DNA of 63,942 bases, from contig CM119265.1 of assembly GCA_051294375.1 (NCBI GenBank), positions 1,165,539 to 1,229,480 on the forward strand. Reading direction: 5' to 3'. Below the pieces are notes generated by a model, which made no database searches, was not told where the DNA came from, and saw only the letters and a list, made by a program, of their open reading frames with translations. Positions 27,737-41,564 of the stretch are shown here, piece after piece (position 1 is the stretch's first letter; the number at the start of each line of letters is the position of its first letter). Made by a program: the position numbers and the translations under genes. Source of the DNA: Paraspadella gotoi (lineage: Eukaryota; Animalia; Chaetognatha).

Positions 27737-27800
27737 CACTTTGCTACTCGGCTTTTGACACGGTAGGTGACACTTTGCTACACGGCTTTTGACACGGTCA
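27723..27800. repeat. 34-bp tandem repeat (about 2.3 copies) duplicating the donor/stop site
   Basis: gacacggtaggtgacactttgctacNcggctttt occurs twice, followed by gacacggt. Confidence 0.9.
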
Positions 27801-27849
27801 AGGTTATGAATAGCAATATATCAATTATACGTTCATTCAATGAACTAGA

Positions 27850-27965
27850 TTTCTTGCCCCTGACTTTGGTCAAGCTTTGATTGTTTAAGGCCTACCATGA
27901 CTTTTACAAGATAATGACATAGCAGGTCCCTGCAAGCTTTCATTCAAGACTCTTACAAAGTCTTT
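27850..27965 (-). mobile_element. Interspersed repeat family A fragment
   Basis: Reverse complement of the 2545-2655 motif (ttacaagataatgacatagcaggtccctgcaa). Confidence 0.75.
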
Positions 27966-28463
27966 TTTAGTATCTGTTCTATCACTAACGTACTATATCA
28001 TTTTTTTAACTGTTTTAATTTTTTTAAGTATTTTATAATAGAGAATTTGATTCTGGTGGCTTGATTCTCCTGCGATGGTACTAAATGTACACCGCGCTCG
28101 TATTAAAATTCAAGGACCAGACTTTTTATAATTTGCTACTACAAAGTTACAAACATAACCAACAATCTTTTTCCTGTCATCAATTCACGGTTTAGCTAAT
28201 AGATTCTTTAAGATTTCTTAAATTTTATTAACTAAAATCGTTTAAATCGATAAAATAAAAATAGAGTCATGTTTCTATTTTGATTAGAATCAATTAAAGC
28301 TAGCGAATAATACTAATACACTAGTGCAGCAAAAAGGCGAATCATTAATTCCTAAAAGCCCAACGAGAGGGCGCTAATTAAACAAAAGGCACGAACGAAC
28401 AAACATTTAAACAAAAAAAAAAACAATATTAAACAAAAAAGACAACCTTTCTCTCTCTCAATC

Positions 28464-28717
28464 TCATTCGTGATTAAATTTAATTAAATAATTATGAAAA
28501 TTAGTTGGTTTGTTCTTTCTCTCGTTGGCGGGTTGAGCGTAGAGAGAAAAGCGGTAGACTCCTGGTCGAGTCAAGTTGAGAAAGAAGCCAACGTTGTGTC
28601 CCATTTGCTGTTGATTGACCAGATGGTTGACCTGATAGAGACGACATGTGGAATCATTGCGATAACGAATTGTTTGAGTACAGTTAATTGATATGACGGT
28701 AATACTAATGTGATGAG
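28464..28717 (-). CDS. Hil: Hillarin/KY-like protein, terminal exon (C-terminal KY-type Ig-like domain); absent from the ORF track
   Basis: tattcag acceptor, phase 1; reads HHISITVISINC...QQQMGHNVGFFLNLTRPGVYRFSLYAQPANERKNKPTNFHNYLIKFNHE*, fitting the F.l.lP..G.Y.l.lYA...nYLI pattern. Phase-compatible with the 51048 donor. Confidence 0.72.
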
Positions 28718-29498
28718 CTGAATAGTAATTTATTGACTTTGTAAAGGAATTGATTTATTTGATTCGATGATAATCAATTATTGATGCGATTGATTAGTCA
28801 TTCACTGCTGTGATGATCTAGTCAATTCTTCATCCGGTGATGCGATGATTGTCATTCATGATGGCCGATGATGTCATTCATTGAGCGATGATAGTCAATA
28901 AAACAAACCAAATGCTGTGTATGAGATGAGAGAGAGAGAGACGAGAGAGAGAGAGGAGACGAGAGGAGAGAGAGAGAGAAATGAGAGAGAGAAGAAAGAA
29001 AGAGAGAGAGAGAGAAGAAAGAGAGGAGAGAGAGAAGAAAGAAAGAGAAAATAAATCACGAAATCTCGGATTTGCAAAATATGGGATTTTGTTTATTGCA
29101 AAAAAAGCGCGGAATAAATGGCAATAAATAAAAAGTTTTTAGAAGGAAAAAAAATAATTCAAATTTTTCCAAAAACAACGACACGCAAAAGATCGGACAG
29201 ATGGGACCAGACCACAACACAGAGAGACAGAGAGACAGAGAGAGAGACGAGAAAAAGAGAGAGAGAGAGAGACAGCCGCTGCAGAGAAAAAGAGAAAGAG
29301 AAAGAGCGATATAACATAATAAGAGAGAGAGAGAGAGAAGCTCTACAGCCCCTTACGTCGTTAAAAGAATCAGCAGTACTTAAGGCGCCGGATGTAGCGT
29401 GGCTATTCTCTACCCAAAGGACCCGGTTCGCGGCCCTGTTCGCGCATCGTTTTTTACATTAGTGAAAACCCACATGTATATCTAAAAAATTTTTGTTT

Positions 29499-29547
<49 letters not shown>

Positions 29548-30619
29548 AGGCTGGACAGGGACGCTGCAGAGCCGGAACTCGTTTTTAGAAGAAGCAGTGA
29601 CGGAGAAAAAAGAGAGAGAGGAGAGAGCGACATATAATTAAAACGTTTTTTGTTTTGTAAATAAAACATAAAACAAATACAATATTGATATGAAACATGA
29701 GCGGAATTTTAAAAGATCTTGATGATTTAGAAGCCATATTATGAAAAATTTCAACTTCCCTTATGATATCACACTTCAGAAGCCATGATTTGCAAAAGCG
29801 TAGACCGAAAAGCTAAACCGAAAAAAAAATCTAGACAGGACGGGCTTATTTGGCCCGCTTGGCTCGATAATAGAGGATATTTGGTTTGTTTTGATAAAAT
29901 GTAAACCAAAACATTTAATAACTGTCCTGACTCAATTTTTAAGGACATCGATGATGAACAAGACTGGAATATAAATTATAATTAATCTATTCAATTTAAT
30001 TTAATTAATTAATTAATCTATTAATTAAATTATTTAATCTATAATTAATTAATAAATTAATCATTAATTAATTAATTATCGTAGGGCAGATCCGACAATT
30101 GTTTGGCTCAAACTTGTTTTTTTATTTTTTTTCTTTATTTTTTTATTTTCCCTTTTTAAAAATTGTCAATCCACACATTGAATGAAATATATGTAAGTAT
30201 ATTTTACGCAAAATAATTCTGTCGTTTAGTTTAAAACTTTAACGTTAAAACTAATGGGATGAAGTTAATTAAAAAGATTTTAAACTTTTTAAAATTATTA
30301 TTAAGACTTTGGACTATTATGTATAATGTTATTTATTTTTAATTTATTCACGTTGGAAAATAGATAAGAATTTTGAAAAAAAATAATTTTATCAAACAAC
30401 ATGTTCATTTTTCAAAATTGGGTTTGCTTCTCATTAAATCAGTACTTTATGATATTGTGCCCCTTAAAACATTTGCCCTTAAACTTTTCTGACCGAAAAA
30501 ACCCTGATTCCCTTAAGACTTTTTTCTTTTTTCTTTTTTTTTTTTCTTTTTTTTAAGCCACAAACTTTTTCTTTCACGTTTCGACTTTTTGACCTTAGCC
30601 CGCATCAATCAACAGCCCT

Positions 30620-30860
30620 CTATGGTGAAATAAACAGCCACTTCATCACCGGTGAAATAAACAGCACTCACTCACCAAAAATAAACCAGCACTTCCCAGT
30701 CACCATGGAAAAACAGCCACTAACTCACCATGTAGTAAAAAGCCCAGTCACTCAAAATTAAATAAGCAGGCACTCACCACATTATGAAATAGACTGCCAT
30801 TCACTCGCAATAAAATTGAATAGCCACTCACCATGAAATAAACACCACTCACCATTGAAA
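30620..30860. repeat. ~22-26-bp minisatellite (cactcaccatgaaataaacagc)n; mirror at 49425-49665
   Basis: Degenerate tandem units visible. Confidence 0.85.
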
Positions 30861-31183
30861 AGGACAGCAATCGCCAAGGACAAAAAAACTAACTTCAGCA
30901 CGAAATTCGCCAAAACAAAAGATAAAGGAATTTAGTAAAAGAAGAGAGAATAAAATTTTAACGAATATAAAAATAAAAAACAAGGAACGATGATTCCAAT
31001 GTGTTGCCGCCGCAGCGTCTTTATTTTTCACGTATATTTCCCTTTGATCACATTGATATGACCATGACATGAACATGACTAAAAAACTTTCTTCGCCCGT
31101 TATATATTCTTTATAGTTTAGGAATTCTCTGAAGCCGGCCGCTTTTAGGCAGTTTTTTTAGATTTGAGGTCTTTTCTGTCCTT

Positions 31184-31325
31184 TAAACAAAGAGGCAACC
31201 AACGAAAGTCAAATTATATGCATTTTTAAACATAAGTGGGGACATACCGACGGACCGACGGACCGGACAGACCACGACCGAAAAGTGACTTATAGAGTTG
31301 CTCCGCGAGTACTCGCGGCACTAAT
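31184..31325 (+). mobile_element. HINE/DINE-1-like non-autonomous Helentron-type element; mirror at 48978-49115
   Basis: 5' aacaaaagagcaac with subterminal inverted gttgctc, internal (GACG/GACC)n microsatellite, and perfect palindrome CCGCGAGTACTCGCGG near the 3' end before an A-rich tract. Confidence 0.65.
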
Positions 31326-31943
31326 TTAAAAAGAATAACATACAAATATAGTAATGCTGAGTTAAATATAATTGCCAATTCTATTAGTAAATGTCCCGTT
31401 ATGTTGACAAAAAGATTCTACAACGTTAATTATTTTGTAAAAAAAGGCTTGTTACCCCATTAACCTGTTTTCAACCAAAGGAGGCGAAAATAGTTTATTA
31501 TTATTTGTTATTTATATATTAGTTTCACCATGAAAATTTAAGATTTTGTCAATATTTTAATCATCAACCAAAGTCCTGATATTTCTGCATCCATCATCAT
31601 TTCATCTCTCTCTCTCCTCTCTCTTCTCTCTCTCTCTCTCTCCTTCTCTCGTCTCCTCTCTTCATATCTTTTACACGATTCGACCCCCTACAAGAAAAAA
31701 ACGAATTAAAAGCAACCGAGGTCACCGGTCAAACTAAAGGACGACGACGGACCGATTGACGCGAAAACGATGACCGACAACGACAACAAACGACGACCGG
31801 ACGTCGAACAACGACGAGCGGACAACCACTATTGACGTCTGGAGGTCGAATCAATCTCGTTTTAACGACTCGAGAATCGCGGTCCACTTTAGAGTGGATT
31901 CATTCCTCACTATCTCTTCTCTATCTTCTCTCTCTCTCTCTCT

Positions 31944-31998
<55 letters not shown>

Positions 31999-32179
31999 CT
32001 TTCGCAGTTTCAATCAAACTCATTGTCTTTCAAACAAACGCTTTCCTGATTTATATTTGCTTCTCTCCTCTTTTAATCGAATAAAAGCGTTTGATATGTA
32101 TGAATACATTAATTAACATATCTCGCCTTCTTCAGGGTTTATGTTATGTTATGTCGATGTTATGTCTAGTTTGACCCCG

Positions 32180-32515
32180 CCTTATCCATCTACAAGATAA
32201 TTTACATAGCCAGGACCAAGCGAGCAGGACCTTACCTTACAAAGCGGTCCCTTACCAAGCTTTCAACTCAAGACTAATGATTAACTACTAAAAGCACCAG
32301 GCTTATAGCTTTATAGTTACTTCACTTGATTATGGTAGCTGGGGCAATCGAGGGGGAGGTATATACGAGACTGTGATTAAAGTATTGCATTAAAAAAGTC
32401 TTGATTAAAAACTCTCAGGGTCCTGCTAGTTATTATCTTGCTATGTTTATTATCTTGTAAGTGTGATGGAGACCTTTAAAACAGCCAAAGGCTTCCAAAA
32501 GAGAGCGGCAAGATT
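32180..32515. mobile_element. Family A MITE-like element with both long inverted arms; mirror at 47820-48145
   Basis: In the cleaner mirror copy, cttacaagataataacatagcaggacc...aatcaagact faces agtcttgattg...ggtcctgctatgtaattatcttgtaag. Confidence 0.7.
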
Positions 32516-35500
32516 CGCTGAAAGTTATTAAGCTTAATTAAGTAAAACACATATGATCTACATTTTATGGTTTATAAAATCTATAATCTAATATAATATA
32601 GAAACCTTTCTTGAGATTCAACCATATTTTGACTTATCTCATAACATATTTCTTTTTTCTGACACAAAATACATCGACCCTCGAACGTTACGTTCGGGTC
32701 ATTTAAAATTAAATCTTTCCCCAATGTGTTTCGGTTTCCAACGTCTTCACATGGGAATCACTCAAGAGTCCCAAGATTCTACGTGAGAAAAAGTGGACAG
32801 GTTTTTCCTTTCCTGACCTTTTATGATGACCGCCACTAACTTTCAGTTCGACTCGTCTTTTACTGTACTGTTTACTGTTCGTATTTAATGTTGATTTTCC
32901 AATATTTATAATATCTATATTATTTATTAATTTATTTATTTCTTCATTTATTTATCATAATTTCTTTATTTTCTTTATTTTGACTGACTCCTTATTTTAA
33001 TTTTTATCTTGGCTCATCTTTAACCCTAACCTCTCTCATTTATTCTTGACTTGACACTTCTAATCTTCGACCGCCGCTCGTTTGTTTAATCCTGACCCCT
33101 TTAATCTCCTTTAAATATTTTTAATTAATTCTTATTTTCATGGCTTTCTAATTTCTTTTTCATTTCCATTCTGTTAATTTATTAATTTTTCAGTTATTAT
33201 TTTTTAATCTTTTTTAAAATTATTTTCTTTTTCCTTTTCTTCTCAATATTTTACATTTCACTTCCCTTCTTCTTTCTTTCATTTATTTCTTTAAGATCAG
33301 TCAGTCAGTCTTCCTTTTCCAAATTGTAATCAACCTGACTATCGCTTCTACCCAACTTTTCTTTATCTTCTTTTCAGTTTCAGTTATCTTCTTTTTGTTA
33401 CTTTTCTTCACCTCTTTTTCTTCCCTTTCTCTTTTTCTCTCCCTTCTCCCTCTCCCCTCTCTCTCTCCCTCTCCCCTCTCTTCTCTCCCTCCCCCTATCC
33501 TCTCTCCCTCTCCCCTCTCCCTTCTCCCTCTCCCCTTTTTCTCTCCCTCTCCCCTCCTCCCCTCTCCCCTTTTCTTATTCTCTCCCTCTTCCCTCTCTTC
33601 TCTCCCTCTTCCCTCTTCCCTCCCACCTTCCCTTCCCTTTTTCGGATTTTCTCGACCCAAGATTCACGAATACGATTTTCTTTTCTTTTGAATCCGGAAA
33701 AACGTGGGACGAAACCAGAGACAACAACAAACAACAACAACAAATAACAAAAACAAACACGATATTAGCGACAGCATCGGACTACACCAATATTATTTAG
33801 GATGAAGGGAGAGAGAGAGGAGAGACGAAAGAGAGAAGAGGAGAGAGACGAGAGAGAGAGAGAGAGGATCTCCTTTAACTGATTACAACCGAGGATAACA
33901 ACAAGGCCAAATGTATAAATTATAAAAATTGACATTCGAGAAATAATTTCGGTTGTGTCCTCAAAGTCAAGTCAAGTCGAGGTCTTTCCCAAATCAAATT
34001 CGTTTAAAAGATTACAGATACATTAAAAGAAAAAGTTTGAGATGCTTATCATTGTCAGTTTTAAATCAGAACAACAATTCCTACTTTTTCTGAAAGAAAA
34101 AAAAAATAAAAGAATAATTTAAAATGTTCTCATAAACTTCAACACAAATAAAAATTTGCAAAAAACCTCCCGGGACAGACTTGTTGGTTTCATCATCCAT
34201 CATCATCATCATCATCATCATCAAATAAAATCATTCATCGTCATCATTCATCTAATCATCACCCAAGGTGAGATTTTCAAGGTTGACCAGGTTCTCAACT
34301 TTCCCTCGCGACTTCAGATGGTCGCTGGAGGGAAAATCGAATTGCAAGTTTGCATCCACGCGACGTTTTGGATTTTTTCGCCAAAACTGTTGCAGTGTTT
34401 GATTTTGCAAGACGAAGTTGTTCGAAATTTTATTTTTTAATTATGGTTTTAATTTCATAAAATGTATTTATTTATTAATGTATTTATTTTTAATGTAATA
34501 TTTTTTAAAATTTATTTATTTATTTATTTATATATTTATCTATTTATTTATTATTATTTATTTATTTACTTTAATTAATTCGTTTATTTATTTATTTATA
34601 ATGTTTTTATTTCTTTATTTATTTATTTATTTCTTTTATTCAAGATCCCAATTCAGGAAATCGAAGTGAAAAGATTTCAATTTCGAATTTTTGTTTTTGG
34701 GGCAAAAGATTTATATACATAATTTTTGACTGACCTCATTGTGGCTTCTTTTTTCTCTCTCTCTCCTCTCTCTTCTTTCTTCTTCTCGGTCTCCAGTTTA
34801 AGATTTCTTGTTTTCTTTTTTAACTGTTTTCTTTTGTTGAAACTAAAAAACAAACAGTGAACTCATTGTTTTGTCAAAAAAAGCGAAATAAACTTTTAGA
34901 ATTTTGAACAAAAATCACACAAATCAAGAAAAGGAATAATGACCAGAAAGAGAGAGATGAGAGCGAGAGTTAGAGAGATAGGGACGATAAAATGACGGAG
35001 AGAAAACATAATAAACATTTTTTTTTGACAAAAATATGATAATATTTTGTTGAGATAAAAGTTTTACCTGTCTTCGCCTGGATGACCGAGGAAATACGTG
35101 AGAACCGGGTTTGACCAGAGCGCAAAAAACAAAAAAAAACAGAAGATTGAGGTGAATGGAGGGAAATTAAATACAGAATCTCGAAGGCAAAATTGCCAAC
35201 AATTTGCTCAAAATGAGGCATTCGTTTAGCTTAATATGATTTTATAATTTAAAAACATTTAATAAAAGTACGGAAGACATACACGAATAACAAACTACTT
35301 ATTCTACTTCTGAATGTTAAACATTAAACATTACATTACATTACACATTACCTTACACAATTGCCCCAAATCTGTAGCTTAAAAATGGTTGAGAGTTATT
35401 TAATATTTAGGTCTTCATTGGAATTCGGGCTCAAATGGAATTAATCGGAAAAATCGAAATGTTTGAATTGGAATTTTCAAACTCATTTGCATATTAATTG

Positions 35501-38259
35501 GGCTCTCAGGTGATGGAGGGAGAAAAGCGGGAGAGGGGGAGAAGAGGGGTAAGTCGTTCTGGCTCGATAGCGAGGTCCAGGTGATATTTTCCGTTCATTC
35601 ACCCTCTAAGCTCTTATAGTGGGGTAGAGGGAGGGAGAGAGGGAGGGAGAGGAGAAAATGAGGAGGAGAGGAGAAAGCGATAGGGAGAAAGGGAGGGGGA
35701 GAGAGAGAAATGAGGAAGAGAGGAGAAAGGAGAGGGAGTAGGGGGGAGAGAGAGGGGTAGAGGAGGGAGAAAGGGGAGGGGGAGAGGAAAAGGAGAGGGA
35801 GAAAAGGAAAGGGAGGGGGAGAGAAAGAAGGGAGGGAGGAGGGGGAGAGGAGAACAGAGAGAGGAGAGAGGTGAAAGGAGGAAAAAGCGGACGGAGGCGA
35901 GACAGTGTAAAATTAGAGGGAAAAATTAGATTAAAGATATTTATGGAAGAAAGAAAAGCAGAAAGAGAGAGAGATTTTATTGGATTTGATTCTGTAATGC
36001 TCAAAAATTGTAACAGTTAAACACATTACAAAACAATATTGTTATTAGAGCTGAAGAAGATTCCTTAAGGAGGGTTTCTCTGTTTCAGATGAGAACATGT
36101 TTGAGCAGTGCTTATCTCGATCTTTATATAACTAATCCATATATCAAAAGATGAAAATAGAATAATAACTTTATTAAGTATTCATATCCAATAAATCATT
36201 GAGAGACGTGCATTAGCAAGACAGATAAACAACAGAGCCAAGATGCAGCAGCAGCAGAGACGGATGCAGCAACAATAGCAGTAGAAGCGAGACGCAGCAA
36301 CAGCTCAAGCTACATAAGAAGCTTAAACTATTAATTTATTCAAGGTAATTTCACAAATATCATTAATACCGATGGTTCAGAGGAATCTCCCAAATTTAAG
36401 GAATTTACTCTCCTTTCTATACAAGGAAACAACATTATAACAACCAATGAGAGGAGAGTTCCATTTTGAGAATAAAATCAAAACATCTACTAGTTATTAA
36501 TAACCCAGGATTTGAGAGACAGGATTATTCAAATTTCAATGTATAAAAATTCAACCAATTAGAGGCTTTTAAACAGGAACTATTGGATTGGAGTTCATTC
36601 AATTACACTTAATTCAGATATTTTGAGCCATTAAAAAATAAAAGCCGTTCAGGGCCCAATTCAGATAAAATCATTATCAACTCTTTTAACAGAGCGGGTA
36701 CATTAAATTTATTTACAAACAGACAAAAAGTTATTAAGTCTACATAATTTACACTTATAAAAGTATTTTTAATTTAGTTATTGAGTTATCATCGGGAACC
36801 CTTTTCTTTTTTTCATGTTCCACACCGAACTTACTTTATCAATAACTAAATGTATTTTTCTTAATTAAAAAGATATACTCAAATGGTTGTTTTATATTTT
36901 TCTATAAAAAGGTTTATACGCTTCCATTTTTCACATAGTTGAGAGAAGAGAGAGAGAAGAGGGAGAAAGAGGAGAATAAGAACAACTTTTTTCCCAAAAT
37001 GGAATAAGGGGAAACTAAATTTATTTATTTTTATAATTGTTACTTTTGTTAAATTTATCAAAATTTATTAATTCTATTTTATTTTAATTTTTATTTAAAT
37101 TTAAAATGAAATCAAAGGAACCGAATAAATTTTCCGTTCATTAAAATTCAATTTTTTGGATTGATACACGGATTTTCTGGGGGAAAAAATTTCGTTTCCC
37201 AACCATAGATTTGGAAAAGTCGAATGATGTGGTCTCTCTCTCTCTCTCTCTGCTCTCTCTCCCCCTCTCTCTTTTTCATTTATATCTTGATTTTGTTTCA
37301 TAATAGTTTTCTTGTTTAGTTTTAAGCAAATACAGCGTAGTGAAAGGTAACGTTACAAACTATAAAAGGCAACTTATGAACAATTAATTATGTAGAAAAA
37401 GATTTATTCATTGTTTTATTAATTTGTTGCAGTAGGGCTATATTTTCATATTATAAAATCGAAAAAGTTTAAAAAAGGCTTTTCTTAATTTTTGATTTGG
37501 AAACATTTGAATTCCTCGTCAAAAGTAGCTGATATAAGAAAATTATAAATCATTTTTTTAAAAATTCTTTCCAATAAGTCGGGTTTTTAAAAATTAAAAA
37601 TCTATATTTAACATTATATAAAATTTAAATTTTCAGCCTTAAAAATATAGGTTTTTCTGATATTTGGACCTAATTTATAAATAATTTTTTAAAAAAAAGT
37701 TATATTTCTTTATATCAAACTTTTCATGCAAATCCAAATCTACAAAAAAAATCTTACAAAAAAACTATTGAAATTTAATATTTATTGAATTGTACTGTGT
37801 ATAAATATGGCCTACTGCGGTAAATTTAGATATATAAAAATTTTTATACATAAATGTTTCATTAGTTATTAGTGTTGTTCGTTACTCAATTTTAGAATTT
37901 TTAATTAGAAAAAAAACAAATTTTCGGTGGAACAAATAAATAATTTATTAACATAAAATTGGACATTATTTCGGCTTTGTTCTCAAGTTTAAATTTTTAG
38001 AATTTTTACTACGCTTTAATAAGCAATTATCACTCCCTTTTTATTTGTTTTTTTCTCTTCTCCCCTTTTTTCTCCCCCTTCCTTCTCTCCCTCACTCCTC
38101 TCTCCCTTCCTCATCCCTCTCCCTCTCTTCCCTTCTTATCCCTCTCTCTCTCCCTCGCACACGGAATCCCAAGAAAGTGAAGGAAAAACTCAGTTTCCAA
38201 TTTTTTGTTTCGCGTCGACTTTTTTTTTCCTTTTGAACTTTTTGTTCGACTCTGGAGTC

Positions 38260-38560
38260 GCCCGAGTTTTTAGAGGTTAAGGATCGAGTTTTTAGAGGTA
38301 GGATTCGAGTTTTGGAGGAAGGATCGAGTTTTTAGAGTAAAGGATCGGAGTTTTTGGAGGGAAGGATCGAGTTAGAGTAAGGATCGAGTTTTTGGGGGAA
38401 AGATCGAGTTTTAGGGTACAGGATTCGAGTTTTTAGAGGTTAAAGGATCGAGTTTAGAGGTAAGGATCGAGTTTTTGGGGGGAAGGATCGAGTTTTTTGG
38501 AAGGAATTGATCGGAGTTTTTTAGAGGTAAGATCGAGTTTTTGGGGGAAGATCGAGTTTA
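38260..38560. repeat. ~21-bp minisatellite (taaggatcgagtttttagagg)n; mirror at 41840-42170
   Basis: Tandem units visible, with alternating tagagg/tggagg variants. Confidence 0.95.
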
Positions 38561-39231
38561 TTGATAATAATCCGTTATTTTTAGTTAAGGATTGGAAGTT
38601 TATTTTTAAGGAAAGAACCAAGATTTTTTATTTTTTTAGGGATTAAATAAAAGGCGACATTTAAAGGGAGAATAGAAGGACGTCGGGTGGACGCTGGACC
38701 TACTTAAGACTGACTGAGAGCGGACGTGGACTGACCGACTAGTGACCGCCGACGAAGGGAAAAAAAGGCGGACGGACAATTTATGTTTTGTTCGAAGCAA
38801 AAACTCGTTAATCAGGATTAGTTTCTGGGCTTGAGTTGTTGTTGTTGTTTGTTGTTGTTGTTGTTGTTGTTGTTGTTTTTTGTCATGTTGTCGGCTTTAT
38901 TTTTTTTTGATGCTTTAATTATTTTATTAAAAAATCTTTTGTGTATTGTTATATTTTGTTTCGCAATTTTTGATTCCATTAAATCAGCAAAATTTGTTTT
39001 TGTTGATGCATTAAAATGAAAGGATAACGACAACCAAAAGGAGTAACAACAACATTAACCTGACCGTACAACATGAACTCGATTCTGAAACAACATAAAA
39101 CACCATAGTTCGAAAGCTTAAGTCAGCCATAAAGCCTTATTTATGCTCTCTTTTTTCTGCTCTCTCCTCTCCCTCTCTCTCTCTCTCCCTCACTCACTCT
39201 TCTCTTCTCCCTCTCTCTCTCTCTCCCTTTC

Positions 39232-39297
<66 letters not shown>

Positions 39298-40174
39298 TCC
39301 TCCTTCTTTTTTATTTTGACCTCAGATGAAGATTTGTCACTCAAAGGTACGCGATTTCAGACCAAAAAAAAGTGTTATATTTTTTTCTTTCTTTTTTCTT
39401 TTTTTTTAATTTTAGTATTCTTCCCATTTTTTTTTCAAAAACCGACAAACCAATATTTCATGTGTAACTTGACAACATTCATTAGTTTATACAAAAATAA
39501 CAAAAAAAACCAGCTTGTTCTTTGTTTTAAAGGCCTTATAAGCTTATCGCTTGCAGATGCTAATAGAAATAGCTACAGAACAGTTATTAATAGTTCTTTT
39601 TTTGAAGTATACTAGCCAATCAAAGACCAACTCTGAAATTGGTTAAAATAAAAGCTAATATTTTAATTTGAAGCTCTTTGCCTCACTGACACCAGTCTCA
39701 AATTATTCCTCTTCTCTCTTCTCTCTCTCTCTCTCCTTCAGACTTTGGAACCTTACTTTTCACTTACCCGCTATTATGAGGCTGAGTTCAAAGAGGCACG
39801 ACTAATATCGACGACGACGACGACGAACGACGACAGCGCTTACTTCAATATTGGCTCTTTGCTGGATATATGAAAAGGAGCGGACTTAATGCGTAGACGA
39901 CGACGACGACGACGACGACGACGACCGACGACGACTTTTTAAAAGTTCGTACTCGAAAATGAGATAATAGATTCTGAGAAAAACTACAACACATGTTTTG
40001 GGATTTTATTGGCTTTTGACGATTTGTTGAGAGAGAAGGAGAGAGAGAGAGAGAGCAGAGGAGAGAGGAGACGAGAGAGAGAGAGAGAGAGAGAGAGCTC
40101 ATTTTTGGGACGATCCTTTAGTCGCAACTACTATCATTTATTTTCAACCTCAACTCGCATTAATATCTCTCTCT

Positions 40175-40221
<47 letters not shown>

Positions 40222-40317
40222 AGGTNNNNNNNNNNNNNNNNNNNNNNNNNAAATCCCAAACATGTGTTGTAGTTTTTCTCAGAATTATTATCTCATTTTC
40301 GAGTTACGACTTTTAAA

Positions 40318-40349
<32 letters not shown>

Positions 40350-41077
40350 NNNNNNNNNNNNNNNNNNNNNNNNNNNNNNNNNNNNNNNNNNNNNNNNNNN
40401 NNNNNNNNNNNNNNNNNNNNNNNNNNNNNNNNNNNNNNNNNNNNNNNNNNNNNNNNNNNNNNNNNNNNNNNNNNNNNNNNNNNNNNNNNNNNNNNNNNNN
40501 NNNNNNNNNNNNNNNNNNNNNNNNNNNNNNNNNNNNNNNNNNNNNNNNNNNNNNNNNNNNNNNNNNNNNNNNNNNNNNNNNNNNNNNNNNNNNNNNNNNN
40601 NNNNNNNNNNNNNNNNNNNNNNNNNNNNNNNNNNNNNNNNNNNNNNNNNNNNNNNNNNNNNNNNNNNGAGAGAGAGAGAGAATAATTTGAGACTGGTGTC
40701 AGTGAGGCAAAGAGCTTAATTAAAATATTAGCTTATTATTTTAACCAATTTCAGAGGTTGGTCTTTGATTGGCTATGTATCTTCAAAAAAGAACTATTAA
40801 TAACTGTTTCTGTAGCTATTTCTATAGCATTGGCAAGCGATTAAAGCTTATAAGGCCTTTAAAAAAGCAACAAGCTGGTTTTTTTTGTTATTTTTTTATT
40901 AAACATATGATGTTGTCAAGTTACCCATAAATATTGGTTTGTCGTTTTTGAAAAAAAATGGGAGAAAACTAAAAATTAAAAAAAAGAAAAAAAGAAAGAA
41001 AAAAAATATAACACTTTTTTGGTCTGAAATCGCGTCTGAGTGACAAATCTTCATCTGAGGTCAAAATAAAAAAGAAG

Positions 41078-41112
<35 letters not shown>

Positions 41113-41522
41113 GAGAGCAGAGGAGAGAGAGAGAGAGAAGACGAGGAGAGAGAGAGAGAAAAGGGAGAGAGAGAGACGAGGGAGAGAGAGAAGAGTGAGT
41201 GAGGGAGAGAGAGAGAGAAGGGAGAGGAGAGAGCAGGACGAGAAACACGAAGAGCATAATAAGGCTTTATGGCTGACTTAGCTTTCGACTATGGTGTTTT
41301 ATGTTGTTTCAGAATCGAGTCTCATGTTGTAACCGGTCAGGGTTAATGTTGTTGTTACTCCTTTTGGTTGTCGTTATCCTTTCCATTTTATTGCATCAAC
41401 AAAAAACAAATTTGCTGATTTAATGGAAAACAAAATATACGAAACAAAATATAACATACACAAAAGTTTTTAATAAAATAATTAAAGCATTAAAGAAAAA
41501 TAAATGACAAACAAATGACAAA

Positions 41523-41564
<42 letters not shown>

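Noticed and set aside
28494-28691. Plus-strand 65-aa ORF with hydrophobic start
   Set aside because: The opposite strand encodes the hillarin-like terminal exon.
29380-29458. Pol III/tRNA-like stretch (GGTTCG followed by a T run)
   Set aside because: No convincing A box or cloverleaf, and a single copy.
36060-36680. Possible decayed gag-like Gln/Ala-rich ORF
   Set aside because: Stops in all frames in both mirror copies and no recognisable motif.
38260-38560. CRISPR-like appearance of short repeats (also 6535-7260 and 52390-52955)
   Set aside because: Head-to-tail units with no unique spacers, no cas genes, eukaryotic context.
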